This document shows, piece after piece, positions 49,199 through 59,475 of a stretch of DNA of 64,000 nt. Both the position numbers and the translations under genes were made by a program. The stretch comes from Acidobacteriaceae bacterium. GTDB lineage: Bacteria > Acidobacteriota > Terriglobia > Terriglobales > Acidobacteriaceae. Positions within the stretch are counted from its first letter, which is position 1. Every line of letters starts with the position of its first letter. The DNA is taken from assembly GCA_045808105.1 (NCBI GenBank), contig JBJMGC010000031.1, forward strand, positions 854-64,853. The letters run 5' to 3'. The notes under the pieces are model-generated. The model saw only the letters and a list, made by a program, of their open reading frames with translations, was not told the origin of the DNA and did no database searches.

Positions 49199-50335
49199 AT
49201 GAAGGTACTGCTGGTCGGCAATTATGCGCCCGACCGCCAGGACAGCATGCAGATTTACGCTTCCATGCTTGAGCAAGGTCTGCGCGCGCGGGGACATGAG
49301 GTTCGCCTGCTGCGGCCTCCGGCGGTGCTGGGAGGGCGGGTTGCAGAGAGCTCGCCGATGTTCAAGTGGCTGGGCTACACGGATAAGTTTCTTCTCTTCC
49401 GGCGCGAGCTACGGCGCGCTGCGTCCACCGCCGATGTCGTTCACCTGTGCGATCACTCAAATGCTATGTACGTGACTGGGCTGGCGCATCGACCTCATGT
49501 GGTCACCTGCCATGACCTGCTGGCGATCCGCAGTGCGATGGGTCATTTTCCGGAGAACCGGGTCAGCCTGACGGGCAGGATCTTCCAACGGCTGATCGCA
49601 CGCGGCTTGGGTCGGACGCGGGCGCTTCTGTGTGTGTCCGCAAAGACGCGGGATGATCTGCGGCAGTATCTCTCAATACCGAAGGCCCGGCTGCACGTGG
49701 TCCCGAACGCGCTGCACTGGCCGTACAAGCCGCTGAGCGCCGATGCCTGTGCGCCGTTGTTGGCTTCCATTGGCCTGCGGCCGGGTGAGCGGTACTTCTT
49801 CCACATCGGCGGAAATCATTGGTACAAGAATCGTGGCGCGGCGATCGAGATATTTGCTGAGCTGCGCAAACTGCCGCAGTACGGGGCTGCGCGGCTGGTG
49901 ATGGCTGGGGGCGCGATCAAGCCGGAGCTGCGGGCGATAGCGCAGAAGCATGAACTGGGCGATGCGCTGGTCGAAGCTGCGGGCGTAAGCCAGGAGCAGC
50001 TTCAGGCCTTGTACAGTTCCGCGCTGGCGACGCTCTTTCCCTCGTTGGAGGAAGGGTTTGGCTGGCCGATTCTGGAGGCGCAGGCCTGTGGATGCCCGGT
50101 GGTAACGACAGACCGGCGGCCGATGAACGAAGTCGGCGGTGATGCCGCAATCCTGATTGATCCGGCGGAGCCGGAAAGCTCCGCGCAGACGATTGCTCGC
50201 GCGTTGCAGGATACGGAGAGAATCCGCGCCGCGGGTCTGGGAAATGCGGCATCGTACACAACCGACCGAATGTTGGAAGGATGTGAGGTCTTATATCGCG
50301 AGGCGATGACTGCTGTATCGCTGGGAATGGAATGA
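49199..50335 (+). CDS. Glycosyltransferase family 4
   Basis: TCHDL, WYKN and FPSLEEGFGWPILEAQACGCPV motifs. Confidence 0.93.
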   Translation: MKVLLVGNYAPDRQDSMQIYASMLEQGLRARGHEVRLLRPPAVLGGRVAESSPMFKWLGYTDKFLLFRRELRRAASTADVVHLCDHSNAMYVTGLAHRPHVVTCHDLLAIRSAMGHFPENRVSLTGRIFQRLIARGLGRTRALLCVSAKTRDDLRQYLSIPKARLHVVPNALHWPYKPLSADACAPLLASIGLRPGERYFFHIGGNHWYKNRGAAIEIFAELRKLPQYGAARLVMAGGAIKPELRAIAQKHELGDALVEAAGVSQEQLQALYSSALATLFPSLEEGFGWPILEAQACGCPVVTTDRRPMNEVGGDAAILIDPAEPESSAQTIARALQDTERIRAAGLGNAASYTTDRMLEGCEVLYREAMTAVSLGME

Positions 50336-50420
50336 GTATGTGCCGTGAAACGAGAAGGGCAGATTCATCACGGTATACTTTGAGGGATCAATAGACAGAC
50401 ATAAGGGAGAGACAAGCGAA

Positions 50421-51839
50421 GTGACGGCCAAGCCGGTGTCGATAGCTGTGGTGGGTTCAGGTTACGTGGGCCTGGTCGCGGCCGTGTGTTTTGCGGAGAT
50501 CGGCCACTCAGTGGTTTGCGTGGATAACGACGAGCAGAAGGTCGCCACATTGCGTGCGGGAGAGGTCCCCATCCACGAGGATTATCTGGCGGAGCTTCTC
50601 GCCCGTCATCGCAACACGCGTCTGCAGTTCACGACCGATCTTTCCACGGCCGCGCAAGAGGCGCAGGCCATTTTCATAGCGGTAGGGACGCCGCAGTCAG
50701 ATTCCGGCAACGCGGATCTGTCCTACGTGGACGCCGTGGCGACGCAGATTGCGCGCTCGATCGACAGCTACAAGGTGATTGTCGAGAAGAGCACGGTCCC
50801 GGTGTATACGAATGAATGGATTCGCCGGGTGGTGGAGCGCAACGGCACATCGAGCGCGAACTTCGACGTGGCGTCAAATCCGGAGTTTCTACGCGAGGGG
50901 ACCGCGGTATCCGACTTCTTGCACCCCGACCGGATCGTGATCGGCGCCGACAGCGACCAGGCGGCTGAGATATTGAAGGCTATTTATGCACCCTTAACCT
51001 CGGGAGATTACTACCGCAGCGAGCGCGCGGTGATCGGGCATCGGACGATCTCCGATCCGCCACCGGTGCTGTTGACCTCCACCAAGGCGGCGGAGTTGAT
51101 CAAGCATGCCTCCAATGCCTTCCTGGCGATGAAGATTTCCTTCATCAACGCAGTGGCGAATGTGTGCGAGGCGGTGGATGCGAACGTGGAAGAGGTGGCC
51201 CGCGGGATGGGACTGGATAAGCGCATTGGTGGCCAGTTTTTGCGCGCCGGCATAGGATACGGGGGTTCGTGCTTCCCTAAGGATGTGGCGGCCTTCCGCT
51301 ATGTCGCGGAACAGTTGAGCGTCGATTTCGGCATCCTCTCCGAAGTGGAGAAGATCAACGACGAGCAGAAGCGGCGCTTCTTCAACAAGGTGCGGTCGGC
51401 GTTGTGGACCTTCCGCGGCAAACGGCTCGCGGTGCTCGGCCTGGCGTTCAAAGGCGGCACAGATGATGTGCGTGAGTCACCGGCATTCGACATCATCCGG
51501 ATGTTGCTGGCCGAAGGCTGCACTATCGTGGCCTACGATCCGGCGGCGACGGAGCGGGCGAAGTCCGAGCTGCCGCCCGGGCCTTCGATGCAATATGCAG
51601 AAGACTTGTATACGGCGGCCAAGGGTGCGGACGCCCTTTTGATCCTGAGCGACTGGGCCCAATTCGGCGAGCTAGATCTGGAACGGCTGCAGACATTGCT
51701 GCGCTATCCGATCGTGATCGACGGCAGGAATCTCTACGACCCGCGGGAGATGCTGGAGCGCGGCTTTACGTACCTGAGTGTTGGGCGGCCAGCCGTGTAT
51801 CCGGCGCGAGAGAGCATGGGCGCACGGGTCCTGCGGTGA
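50421..51839 (+). CDS. ugd: UDP-glucose 6-dehydrogenase
   Basis: [41 protein letters not shown] and DGRN motifs. Confidence 0.95.
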   Translation: MTAKPVSIAVVGSGYVGLVAAVCFAEIGHSVVCVDNDEQKVATLRAGEVPIHEDYLAELLARHRNTRLQFTTDLSTAAQEAQAIFIAVGTPQSDSGNADLSYVDAVATQIARSIDSYKVIVEKSTVPVYTNEWIRRVVERNGTSSANFDVASNPEFLREGTAVSDFLHPDRIVIGADSDQAAEILKAIYAPLTSGDYYRSERAVIGHRTISDPPPVLLTSTKAAELIKHASNAFLAMKISFINAVANVCEAVDANVEEVARGMGLDKRIGGQFLRAGIGYGGSCFPKDVAAFRYVAEQLSVDFGILSEVEKINDEQKRRFFNKVRSALWTFRGKRLAVLGLAFKGGTDDVRESPAFDIIRMLLAEGCTIVAYDPAATERAKSELPPGPSMQYAEDLYTAAKGADALLILSDWAQFGELDLERLQTLLRYPIVIDGRNLYDPREMLERGFTYLSVGRPAVYPARESMGARVLR

Positions 51840-51894
51840 GCGACGGCATAGTCTGCGGGGAGTTACGTTCGAGGAGCAACGGCCTTTGAGCAAG

Positions 51895-52854
51895 ATGCGA
51901 ATCCTGGTTACCGGCGCGGCGGGTTTTCTTGGTTCGCACCTTACTGACGTGCTGCTGGCGGACGGACATACCGTCATCGGCGTCGATAACCTGGCGACCG
52001 GAAGACTGGATAATCTGGAGCATCTGCAGGGTGAGCCGCGCTTTTCTCTGCTGGAGCGCGATATCTGTCAGCCCTTTGAACCTGGTCAGGTGGATGCGAT
52101 CTTCAACATGGCGTCTCCCGCGAGTCCTGCCGACTACATGCGGCTGGGCATTGAGACCCTGCGGGTCGGCGCTCACGGCGTGTTCAACACGCTGGATATT
52201 GCGCGCCGCTATCGCGCGCTCTTTCTGCATGCGTCCACGTCGGAGTGCTACGGCGATCCCGAAGTACATCCACAACCAGAGAGCTACTGGGGCAATGTAA
52301 ATCCAATCGGGCCTCGCTCTGTCTACGACGAGGCGAAGCGCTTTGCCGAGGCAACGGTGATGGCCTACCACCGCTACCGTGGCGTGAACACGAGGATGGT
52401 GCGCATCTTTAACACCTATGGACCGCGCCTGCAGCCGAACGATGGACGCGTGATCTCGAATTTCATAATGCAGGCGTTGCGCGGTGAGGACTTGACCATC
52501 TACGGCGACGGGTCGCAGACACGCTCGTTCTGCTATGTAACCGATCTGATCGACGGTATCGTGCGGCTCGCGCAGAGCGAGGAGCACCAACCCGTCAACA
52601 TCGGCAATCCGGAGGAATGGACGATTGCCGAGTGTGCGCGTGAGGTCATCGCCGTGACGGGCTCGAAGAGCAAGCTGCGCAGCCTGGAATTGCCGGTCGA
52701 TGATCCGGCACGCCGCCGCCCCGATCTTACCCGCGCCCGCACAGTGCTAGGCTGGGAGCCCAAAGTGCAATTGCGGGAGGGGCTGAAACTTTGCATCCCA
52801 TATTTCACGCGCGCGGTACAGGAAAGCGTCGATACGCAGCCATCTGCTGGCTGA
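51895..52854 (+). CDS. UDP-glucuronate decarboxylase (UDP-xylose synthase)
   Basis: [54 protein letters not shown] and DGRVISNF motifs. Confidence 0.93.
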   Translation: MRILVTGAAGFLGSHLTDVLLADGHTVIGVDNLATGRLDNLEHLQGEPRFSLLERDICQPFEPGQVDAIFNMASPASPADYMRLGIETLRVGAHGVFNTLDIARRYRALFLHASTSECYGDPEVHPQPESYWGNVNPIGPRSVYDEAKRFAEATVMAYHRYRGVNTRMVRIFNTYGPRLQPNDGRVISNFIMQALRGEDLTIYGDGSQTRSFCYVTDLIDGIVRLAQSEEHQPVNIGNPEEWTIAECAREVIAVTGSKSKLRSLELPVDDPARRRPDLTRARTVLGWEPKVQLREGLKLCIPYFTRAVQESVDTQPSAG

Positions 52855-55628
52855 GCCGTGCGAATTTTTATTCGCTCTTCTGCATATTTTTCGTCCTTAC
52901 CTTTGCGGCCAGTTCACCGGCTCGCGCGCAGCAGGCAGGCGGGCCTTTGCTGCGGCTGCATGAGGGATGGTGGCTTGCCTCCGGATGCGAGATCTCCTCG
53001 ACGGGCGACCGGATAGGCCAGCAATTCTCGTCTGCTTCCTACAAAGCCACACATGAATGGAGAGCGGCCGCTGTGCCGTCGACCGTATTGGCTGCGCAGA
53101 TCGCCGCAGGCGAGTTTCACGATCCTTACTATGCTCGCAACCTGCGCGCGATTCCGGGGACGGATTATCCGATTGGCGCGATCTTTTCGAGATTGCCGAT
53201 GTCGCCGAGCAGCCCGTATGCATGTCCGTGGTGGTATCGCACACGATTCACTGTGCCTGCGACAACTCGCGGGAAGGTGCTGTGGCTGCGTTTTGGGGGT
53301 ATCAACTATCGCGCGAACATCTGGGTGAACGGCCAGAAGCTAGCCGCGTCGAGCGAAGTCGCAGGCGCGTATCGCACGTATGAGTTCGATGTGACGCGAT
53401 TGCTGAAACCGGGCACGGAAAACGCAATTGCGGTTGAGACATTCGCTCCGACGGAGAACGACCTTGCGATCAACTGGGTGGACTGGAGCCCCTGCCCGCC
53501 GGACAAGGACATGGGTTTGACAGGGGACGTAGCGCTCTACACGAGCGGCCCGGTGAGTGTGCGGTCGCCAATGATCACTACGCATCTCTCGAGTTCTTCT
53601 GATACCGCAGAGCTGACAGTATATGGCGAAGTCCATAACGCGAGCGCGGAGCGAGTCAGCGGTACCGCGACAGTCTCCGTGCTTGGCATTGAGGCAGAAG
53701 AGCCGGTGAGCCTCGATCCGGGCGAGACGCGGACCATCGTCTTTGCACCTGAGCAATTTCCAAAGCTGCGGGTGCAGCATCCGCGGCTATGGTGGCCGTA
53801 TCAGATGGGAGAGCCGCATCTGGAGATGCTGCGGATGAGCTTCCGAAGCGGCGGCAGAGTCTCCGACGAGGCAGTTGCGCGAGTCGGAATTCGCGAAATC
53901 ACCTCCGAGCTGACCGACACTGGCGCGCGCCTGTTTCGTGTGAATGGACGGCCGGTGCTGATACGCGGTGGAGGCTGGTCCGGGGACATGCTGCTGCGTG
54001 AGGAGCCAAGGCGGTTGGAGCAACAGTTTGAGATGGTGCGGGACCTGCACCTGAACGCGATTCGACTGGAGGGCAAGCTCGAGACCGAGGCGTTCTATCG
54101 GCTGGCCGATGAGAACGGCATCCTGGTGATAGCCGGCTGGTGCTGTTGCGATCGATGGGAGCGATGGCCGCAGTGGACGCCGGAGAACTACACGGTGGCT
54201 GCAGCATCACTGAGAGCGCAGATGCTGCGCATCCGCAGTCATCCCAGTCTGCTGGTGTGGCTGAACGGCAGTGATAATCCGCCGCCGCCGAAGGTGGAGC
54301 AGATGTACCTGGATATCGAGCGGGAAACGCACTGGCCCAATCCCACGCTCTCTTCGGCTACAGCGCGGCCTACCACGGTTACAGGCGCAACCGGTGTGAA
54401 AATGAGTGGTCCTTACGACTACGTCGCTCCGTCCTACTGGCTAACGGACCCGAAGAAACGAGGCGGAGCGTGGGGCTTCAACACCGAGACGAGTCCGGGG
54501 CCTGCGATTCCGGTTGTCTCCAGCCTGCGGCGATTTCTTCCCGCCAGCAATCTTTGGCCGCCGAGCGACGACTGGCAGTATCACAACGGCAGTGGCGGCT
54601 TCGCAAAAACGGCGGTCTTCGATAATGCAATGAAGCAGAGCTATGGGGAGCCACATTCTTTGGCCGAGTACGAGCAGATGGCACACGCGATGGCCTATGA
54701 CGGCGAGCGCGCTATGTTCGAGGCCTATGCACGTAACAAGTACACATCGACGGGAGTGGTGCAGTGGATGCTGAACAATGCATGGCCCTCGATGATCTGG
54801 CACCTGTACGACTACTATCTCGACGCCGGAGGCGGCTATTATGGCGCACGCAAGGCGTGCGAGCCGCTGCATGTGCAGTATTCCTATGACGATCACAGTG
54901 TTGTCGTCGTGAACAGTACGTATGCAGCCGTGCCTGGGCTTCACGTCAAGGCCGCGGTGTACGATCTGCAACTTCATCCAATCTATGAACATGAAGCTGC
55001 GCTGGCGGCGGGTCCTGACAGCTCCGACCGAGCATTCGATATTCCGGCCGAGTCGCTCACGGCCAGCGGCAATCTTCATTTCGTGCGGCTGACCCTGAGT
55101 GACGCAGCTGGACGGGAGATCAGTCAGAACTTTTACTGGATTCCGTCGAACCTGGCGGAGTTCGACTGGGAGCACACTGATTATCGCTACACGCCTGCAT
55201 TGCGCGAGCCGGACCTTACCGCGTTGAAGGAACTGCCGCTCGCGCATGTTGCCGTGGAGGCCGTGAAGTTAGAGCGTGACGGTTCCGTGGCGCTTCGGTT
55301 GAGAAACGATTCCTCCGCGCTTGCCTTCCAGCTGGCGCTGCGCGCGCTGGATGAGCACAACGTGCCGGTCGTGCCGGCATTCTGGTCGGACAACTACTTT
55401 TCGCTGCTGCCTGGCGAATCGAGAACGTTGACCGTTCGCGCGTCAGCGCATCGAGGTGGGCGAATCTCCGCGATCAAGGTGACAGGATGGAACGTCAGCG
55501 ATCACCGAGTGTCGCTGAGACGAGGTGCCCGTTCTGATCAGGAGACGGTAGCGTTGCCGTTCGCGCGTGCCTCTGCCTCCGCCAGCCAGCCCCGCCTGAG
55601 CGACTCCGCAGGAATGCTCGACAGATAA
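52791..55628 (+). CDS. GH2 glycosidase, exo-beta-D-glucosaminidase (CsxA-like)
   Basis: Signal peptide; WVDWSP, IRGGGW, RLEGK, GWCCCD, WLNGSD (Asp acid/base instead of NE), GPYDY, ETSPG and QWMLN. The start is uncertain. Confidence 0.85.
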   Translation: MHPIFHARGTGKRRYAAICWLSRANFYSLFCIFFVLTFAASSPARAQQAGGPLLRLHEGWWLASGCEISSTGDRIGQQFSSASYKATHEWRAAAVPSTVLAAQIAAGEFHDPYYARNLRAIPGTDYPIGAIFSRLPMSPSSPYACPWWYRTRFTVPATTRGKVLWLRFGGINYRANIWVNGQKLAASSEVAGAYRTYEFDVTRLLKPGTENAIAVETFAPTENDLAINWVDWSPCPPDKDMGLTGDVALYTSGPVSVRSPMITTHLSSSSDTAELTVYGEVHNASAERVSGTATVSVLGIEAEEPVSLDPGETRTIVFAPEQFPKLRVQHPRLWWPYQMGEPHLEMLRMSFRSGGRVSDEAVARVGIREITSELTDTGARLFRVNGRPVLIRGGGWSGDMLLREEPRRLEQQFEMVRDLHLNAIRLEGKLETEAFYRLADENGILVIAGWCCCDRWERWPQWTPENYTVAAASLRAQMLRIRSHPSLLVWLNGSDNPPPPKVEQMYLDIERETHWPNPTLSSATARPTTVTGATGVKMSGPYDYVAPSYWLTDPKKRGGAWGFNTETSPGPAIPVVSSLRRFLPASNLWPPSDDWQYHNGSGGFAKTAVFDNAMKQSYGEPHSLAEYEQMAHAMAYDGERAMFEAYARNKYTSTGVVQWMLNNAWPSMIWHLYDYYLDAGGGYYGARKACEPLHVQYSYDDHSVVVVNSTYAAVPGLHVKAAVYDLQLHPIYEHEAALAAGPDSSDRAFDIPAESLTASGNLHFVRLTLSDAAGREISQNFYWIPSNLAEFDWEHTDYRYTPALREPDLTALKELPLAHVAVEAVKLERDGSVALRLRNDSSALAFQLALRALDEHNVPVVPAFWSDNYFSLLPGESRTLTVRASAHRGGRISAIKVTGWNVSDHRVSLRRGARSDQETVALPFARASASASQPRLSDSAGMLDR

Positions 55629-56002
55629 GGCTTGATGTCGAGGATTGGGGTGCCGTCCAGCATGTCGACCCCACGGACGTACAAATCTGCATTGTGGCGG
55701 CGGAGCAATTCCAGCACCGTGAGTCCGATCGGGTTGGGGCGGCGAGGCGATCGCGTGGCGAAGACGCCGTGCTTGCGGTTGTCCGAAGGCGGCGTGCCGA
55801 CCAGCTCAAAGGGTTGCGAGCGATCGAATTCCCAGATCACAAACAAATGGGAAAAGCCTTCAATGTCCGTGAGGCCGAGCTCGAAGTCGGGCAGAATCGT
55901 GATCACGCCTTCTGCTTCATGGCTGGCGCCAAGTCCTTTTGGTATATCGCCGGCCTGCTTATAGGGAGTGCTGACAAATCCGATGGGCCAAGGCGTAAAC
56001 AT
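55538..56002 (-). CDS. trmO: tRNA (t6A37)-N6-methyltransferase TrmO/TsaA (SAM-binding domain only)
   Basis: PIGFV, GFSHLFVIW, GVFATRSPRRPNPIGLT and [14 protein letters not shown] motifs. Confidence 0.9.
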   Translation of the reverse strand: MFTPWPIGFVSTPYKQAGDIPKGLGASHEAEGVITILPDFELGLTDIEGFSHLFVIWEFDRSQPFELVGTPPSDNRKHGVFATRSPRRPNPIGLTVLELLRRHNADLYVRGVDMLDGTPILDIKPYLSSIPAESLRRGWLAEAEARANGNATVS

Positions 56003-56086
56003 ATGAAGTTAAACCTCCATCCTGTGTGCATGCCGCCGCAAACCAGTCAGCTTGCGTCTCTATTGCATTGGACGCGCCGGGTGCAT

Positions 56087-56115
56087 TTGACGTAACAGGC
56101 CGTCCGAGTTAGCCT
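56087..56115 (+). promoter_or_regulatory. Sigma70-type promoter of the leader/sulfite reductase operon
   Basis: TTGACG (56087-56092)-N17-TAGCCT (56110-56115). The predicted +1 falls on or next to the GTG at 56123. Confidence 0.7.
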
Positions 56116-56122
56116 CAATGTA

Positions 56123-56200
56123 GTGTCACTCGTTCACATCCCGGCTGCTTGTTGCTGCAACTGTTGTTGCGCACGCGGCGGCGTGGGTGTGTTTCGATAA
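56123..56200 (+). CDS. Poly-cysteine leader peptide (25 aa, MSLVHIPAACCCNCCCARGGVGVFR)
   Basis: GTG...TGT TGC TGC AAC TGT TGT TGC...TAA, i.e. six Cys codons in seven, immediately upstream of a terminator and a sulfur-assimilation operon. Not in the supplied ORF track. Confidence 0.8.
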   Translation: MSLVHIPAACCCNCCCARGGVGVFR

Positions 56201-56236
56201 GCCAGTGATCTAACTCCATCACTCCAAGCGAATCCG

Positions 56237-56280
56237 AAGCCCCAACCGCAGCCACTCTGCAGTTGGGGCTTTTTCTTTTT
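56237..56280 (+). terminator. Attenuator terminator in the 5' leader of the sulfite reductase gene
   Basis: AAGCCCCAAC-C-GCAG-CCACT-CTGC-A-GTTGGGGCTT followed by TTTCTTTTT, about 35 bp before the ATG. Confidence 0.85.
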
Positions 56281-56313
56281 CTATCCGATCGAGCGCACAA
56301 GAAGGGAAACGGC

Positions 56314-58026
56314 ATGACCCAGGCAAGTCCCCCCAAAGAAACCCCGATGAAAGAGACAAAGGCGCAGAAGACCGAACGCCTGAAGCTCGAGAAGAATCCG
56401 TGGGAGGCGTTCGACGAGATCCAGCGATTTGCCGCGGAGGGCCGAGGCAGCGTGCTGCCGGAGTGGGCGAGCCTGTATTTCAAATGGTGGGGGATCTATA
56501 CGCAGGGGGACGGAGCCGGAGCGCTGGGCGGAAAAGGTGGTGAAGGCAAGACAAGCGAATATTTCATGCTGCGTATCCCCGTTTCAAATGGCATCCTCTC
56601 TTCCAAGCAATTGGCTGCAATTGCCGAGATAGCGCAGCGGCACGGCCGCAACCTGGCGGATATAACGGTGCGACAGGCGATTCAGCTCCACTGGCTGACG
56701 ATCGAGAGCCTGCCTGAGATTATCGAGCGGCTGGATGCGGTGGGGCTTTCGCCACGTGGTGCTTGCGGGGATGTGGTTCGCAACGTGACTGGATGTCCAC
56801 TGGCCGGTCTGGCGGCGGATCAGGTTTTCGATGCATCGCCGATTGCGCTTGCGGTGGCGCGCGCTCTGGCGGGCAATACGGAGTTCTACAATCTGCCGCG
56901 CAAGTTCAAGATTTCCGTGACCGGCTGCAGCTCGTGGTGTTCGTATCCCGAGATCAACGACATCGGCCTGTCGGCGGTCCGCCGCGGCAGTCAGGTGGGT
57001 TTCTCGGTGCGGGTTGGCGGGGGACTCTCGGCGGACCCACATCTTGGCGTGCGACTGGATGCCTTTGTGCATCCTGAGCAGGCAGTCCAGGTGGTAACTG
57101 CTATTGCGACAATATTCCGGGAACAGCAGAGTTTGCGCGAGAGCCGGGATCGTGCGCGTTTGAAGCATCTGTTTCTGAAGGAGGGATGGACGGCGGAGAA
57201 GTTTCTCAACGAGCTGCAGTTGCGGCTGCCGTTCCGGCTTGATCCGGGGGTTGAGGAGGCGGTCCCGCCGGATGTCCTGCGGGACCATGTGGGCGTTCAC
57301 CGGCAGCGGCAGGCGGACCTCTACTACGTCGGGGCTGCCGTATTGCGTGGGCGATTGACCGGCGACCAGCTTGCCGCGGCGGCAAAGCTGGCTGAGCGAT
57401 ATGGCTCAGGCGAGCTGCGAACAACCGTCATGCAGAATCTGCTGTTCGTGAACGTGCCGAAGCGGAATGTGAGTGCTCTGGTGAATGAGCTTGCGGCGAT
57501 TGATCTGCGAGTCGAGGGCTCGCAGTTCTGGCGCGGCGCCATTGCCTGCACGGGCACGGAGTTCTGCAAGCTGGCCATCACGGAAACCAAAGGCTTTGCG
57601 CGGTGGCTGGTGGAGGAGATGGAGGCGCGGCTGCCGGAATTCGATCAGCAGTTGAAGTTGCACGTGACCGGCTGCCCAAATGGTTGCGGGCAACACTGGA
57701 TTGCTGACGTGGGGATTGAGGGCAAGAAGATAAAACACAACGGTGCCCTGGTGGACGCTTACTACTTCTGCGTGGGGGGAGGTGCCGGCGGAGATGCGGC
57801 AATTGCGCGTCCGGTGGGTTATCGCTGCCCGGCAACTCTGGTGCCGGAGTCGCTGGAGCGTCTGTTGCGGGGATATTTGGAAGACCGCGATTCCAATGAG
57901 ACTCTGCGGGCTTTCTTTACCAGACAGAGTAATGACCATTTGCGCGCGCTGCTGGCGGGCGAAGTGGTTGCTGCAGTGGAGCGGGACCGGCCAGAGGGCC
58001 GAGTTCCGGTGGGGGTGGGCGAATGA
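56314..58026 (+). CDS. Ferredoxin-type sulfite(/nitrite) reductase hemoprotein (SirA-like)
   Basis: WWGIYTQ, FMLRIP, TVRQAIQLH, GDVVRNVTGCP, LPRKFK, ACTGTEFCK and TGCPNGCG (siroheme/[4Fe-4S] ligands). The Cys leader favours sulfite as substrate. Confidence 0.92.
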   Translation: MTQASPPKETPMKETKAQKTERLKLEKNPWEAFDEIQRFAAEGRGSVLPEWASLYFKWWGIYTQGDGAGALGGKGGEGKTSEYFMLRIPVSNGILSSKQLAAIAEIAQRHGRNLADITVRQAIQLHWLTIESLPEIIERLDAVGLSPRGACGDVVRNVTGCPLAGLAADQVFDASPIALAVARALAGNTEFYNLPRKFKISVTGCSSWCSYPEINDIGLSAVRRGSQVGFSVRVGGGLSADPHLGVRLDAFVHPEQAVQVVTAIATIFREQQSLRESRDRARLKHLFLKEGWTAEKFLNELQLRLPFRLDPGVEEAVPPDVLRDHVGVHRQRQADLYYVGAAVLRGRLTGDQLAAAAKLAERYGSGELRTTVMQNLLFVNVPKRNVSALVNELAAIDLRVEGSQFWRGAIACTGTEFCKLAITETKGFARWLVEEMEARLPEFDQQLKLHVTGCPNGCGQHWIADVGIEGKKIKHNGALVDAYYFCVGGGAGGDAAIARPVGYRCPATLVPESLERLLRGYLEDRDSNETLRAFFTRQSNDHLRALLAGEVVAAVERDRPEGRVPVGVGE

Positions 58027-58670
58027 GCACGCCGCTGTTGCCGGTTTTCGTGAAGCTTGAGGGGCGTCCATGCCTGGTGGTGGGCGGGGGAGCGATCGGG
58101 CTGCAGAAGGTGCGCAGTTTGGTGGAGTGTGGGGCTCATGTAACGGTGGTTGCTCCAGAGGTGCGCGATGAGCTCCGTGATCTGGACGAGCAGGGGAAGA
58201 TCGTCTGGCATCGCCGGCGCTACGTTGTGGAAGACATTCCCGGGAAGCAATTAGTGATTGCGGCGACAAGCGATCCTGAGGTGAACCACGTCGTTTATGG
58301 CGATGCCGTCGCCGCCGGAGTGCTCGCGAACGCGGTGGACGATCCGCCGTTCTGTGATTTTTATTTTGGTTCGGTGGTGCGCCGAGGCCCATTGCAGATC
58401 GGCATATCGACGGCGGGGGAGAGTCCCGCGCTGGCACAGCGATTGCGGCACAAGTTGGAGACGCTGCTCGACGAAGGGACGGGGCCGTGGCTGGAACGCC
58501 TGGGCGCGCTGAGGCGTCAGGTACTGGCCGTGCATCCGGCAGGGGAGAAGCGTAACGAGTTGCTGCGTACACTAGCGACACGCGAGGTGTGCGATGCGTC
58601 TTACTGCCCGTCGCGCACGATGGCGTTGGAGACACCACGCGAGGAACGAGGGTCCTGGTGGCTGACATGA
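58023..58670 (+). CDS. Precorrin-2 dehydrogenase / sirohydrochlorin ferrochelatase (CysG N-terminal/SirC-like)
   Basis: LPVFVKLEGRPCLVVGGG, NAVDDPPFCDF and ISTAGESPALA motifs; ATGA overlap. Confidence 0.92.
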   Translation: MSTPLLPVFVKLEGRPCLVVGGGAIGLQKVRSLVECGAHVTVVAPEVRDELRDLDEQGKIVWHRRRYVVEDIPGKQLVIAATSDPEVNHVVYGDAVAAGVLANAVDDPPFCDFYFGSVVRRGPLQIGISTAGESPALAQRLRHKLETLLDEGTGPWLERLGALRRQVLAVHPAGEKRNELLRTLATREVCDASYCPSRTMALETPREERGSWWLT

Positions 58671-59452
58671 GGGTGGCGGAAAAGGGAACTGTCTATCTGG
58701 TCGGCGCAGGACCGGGCGATCCGGAGTTGCTGACGATGAGGGCAGCCGCACTGTTGCGCTCTGCGGACCTAGTGCTGCACGACGATCTGGTGCCCGCTGC
58801 GGTGATCGCCATGGCGGGCGGACAGGCATTGGCGGTCAGCGTGGGCAAGCGTTGCGGTGTAAAGCATGTGCAGCAGCCAGAGATCCACACGCTGATGATC
58901 GATGCGGCTCGCCGGCAACTGAGCGTGGTGCGGCTGAAGAGTGGTGATCCGCTGGTGTTTGGGCGTGCCGCGGAGGAGATGGATGCGCTGCGTGCCGCGG
59001 GCGTGCCATTCGAGGTGGTGCCCGGCATTACGGCGGCGTTCGCGGCAGCGGCGCAGATTGGTTGCTCATTGACGGACCGGCGTAGTGCGTCCAGCGTAGA
59101 GCTCCACACCGGGCACAAGGCTGCCGATACAGATCAGAATGCGTTGCCGGAGTCGACGACTCGCGTGGTGTATATGCCGGGCCGTAGCTTTCGCGCAATC
59201 TCAGAGGAGCGGTTGGCGGCGGGTGATGCTGTGGCGTTGCCTTGCTGCGTGATCAGCCGCGCGGCGCAGCCTGACCAAAGCATTCAGTGGAGCACGCTAG
59301 GCGAGCTGGCAGAGGTGGTGCCCGGGCCTGCGCCGGTACTGCTTATGACAGGCTGGGCGCTGGCTGCTGCGGCTGCACGGCATGCCGACGATCCCCAAAG
59401 GGACCACGAGCCGGTGGCAGTGCCCGAGTATTCATCCGAACAGAATCTGTAA
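58667..59452 (+). CDS. cobA: Uroporphyrinogen-III C-methyltransferase
   Basis: VYLVGAGPGDPELLT, VGKRCG, VRLKSGDPLVFGR and VVPGITA motifs; ATGA overlap. Confidence 0.94.
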   Translation: MRVAEKGTVYLVGAGPGDPELLTMRAAALLRSADLVLHDDLVPAAVIAMAGGQALAVSVGKRCGVKHVQQPEIHTLMIDAARRQLSVVRLKSGDPLVFGRAAEEMDALRAAGVPFEVVPGITAAFAAAAQIGCSLTDRRSASSVELHTGHKAADTDQNALPESTTRVVYMPGRSFRAISEERLAAGDAVALPCCVISRAAQPDQSIQWSTLGELAEVVPGPAPVLLMTGWALAAAAARHADDPQRDHEPVAVPEYSSEQNL

Positions 59453-59475
59453 ATCGTGAACCTGAAAATCCGCCG

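Noticed and set aside
56118-56123. ATG-TAG start-stop minigene before the Cys leader
   Set aside because: It lies between the -10 box and the predicted +1, so it is probably not transcribed.
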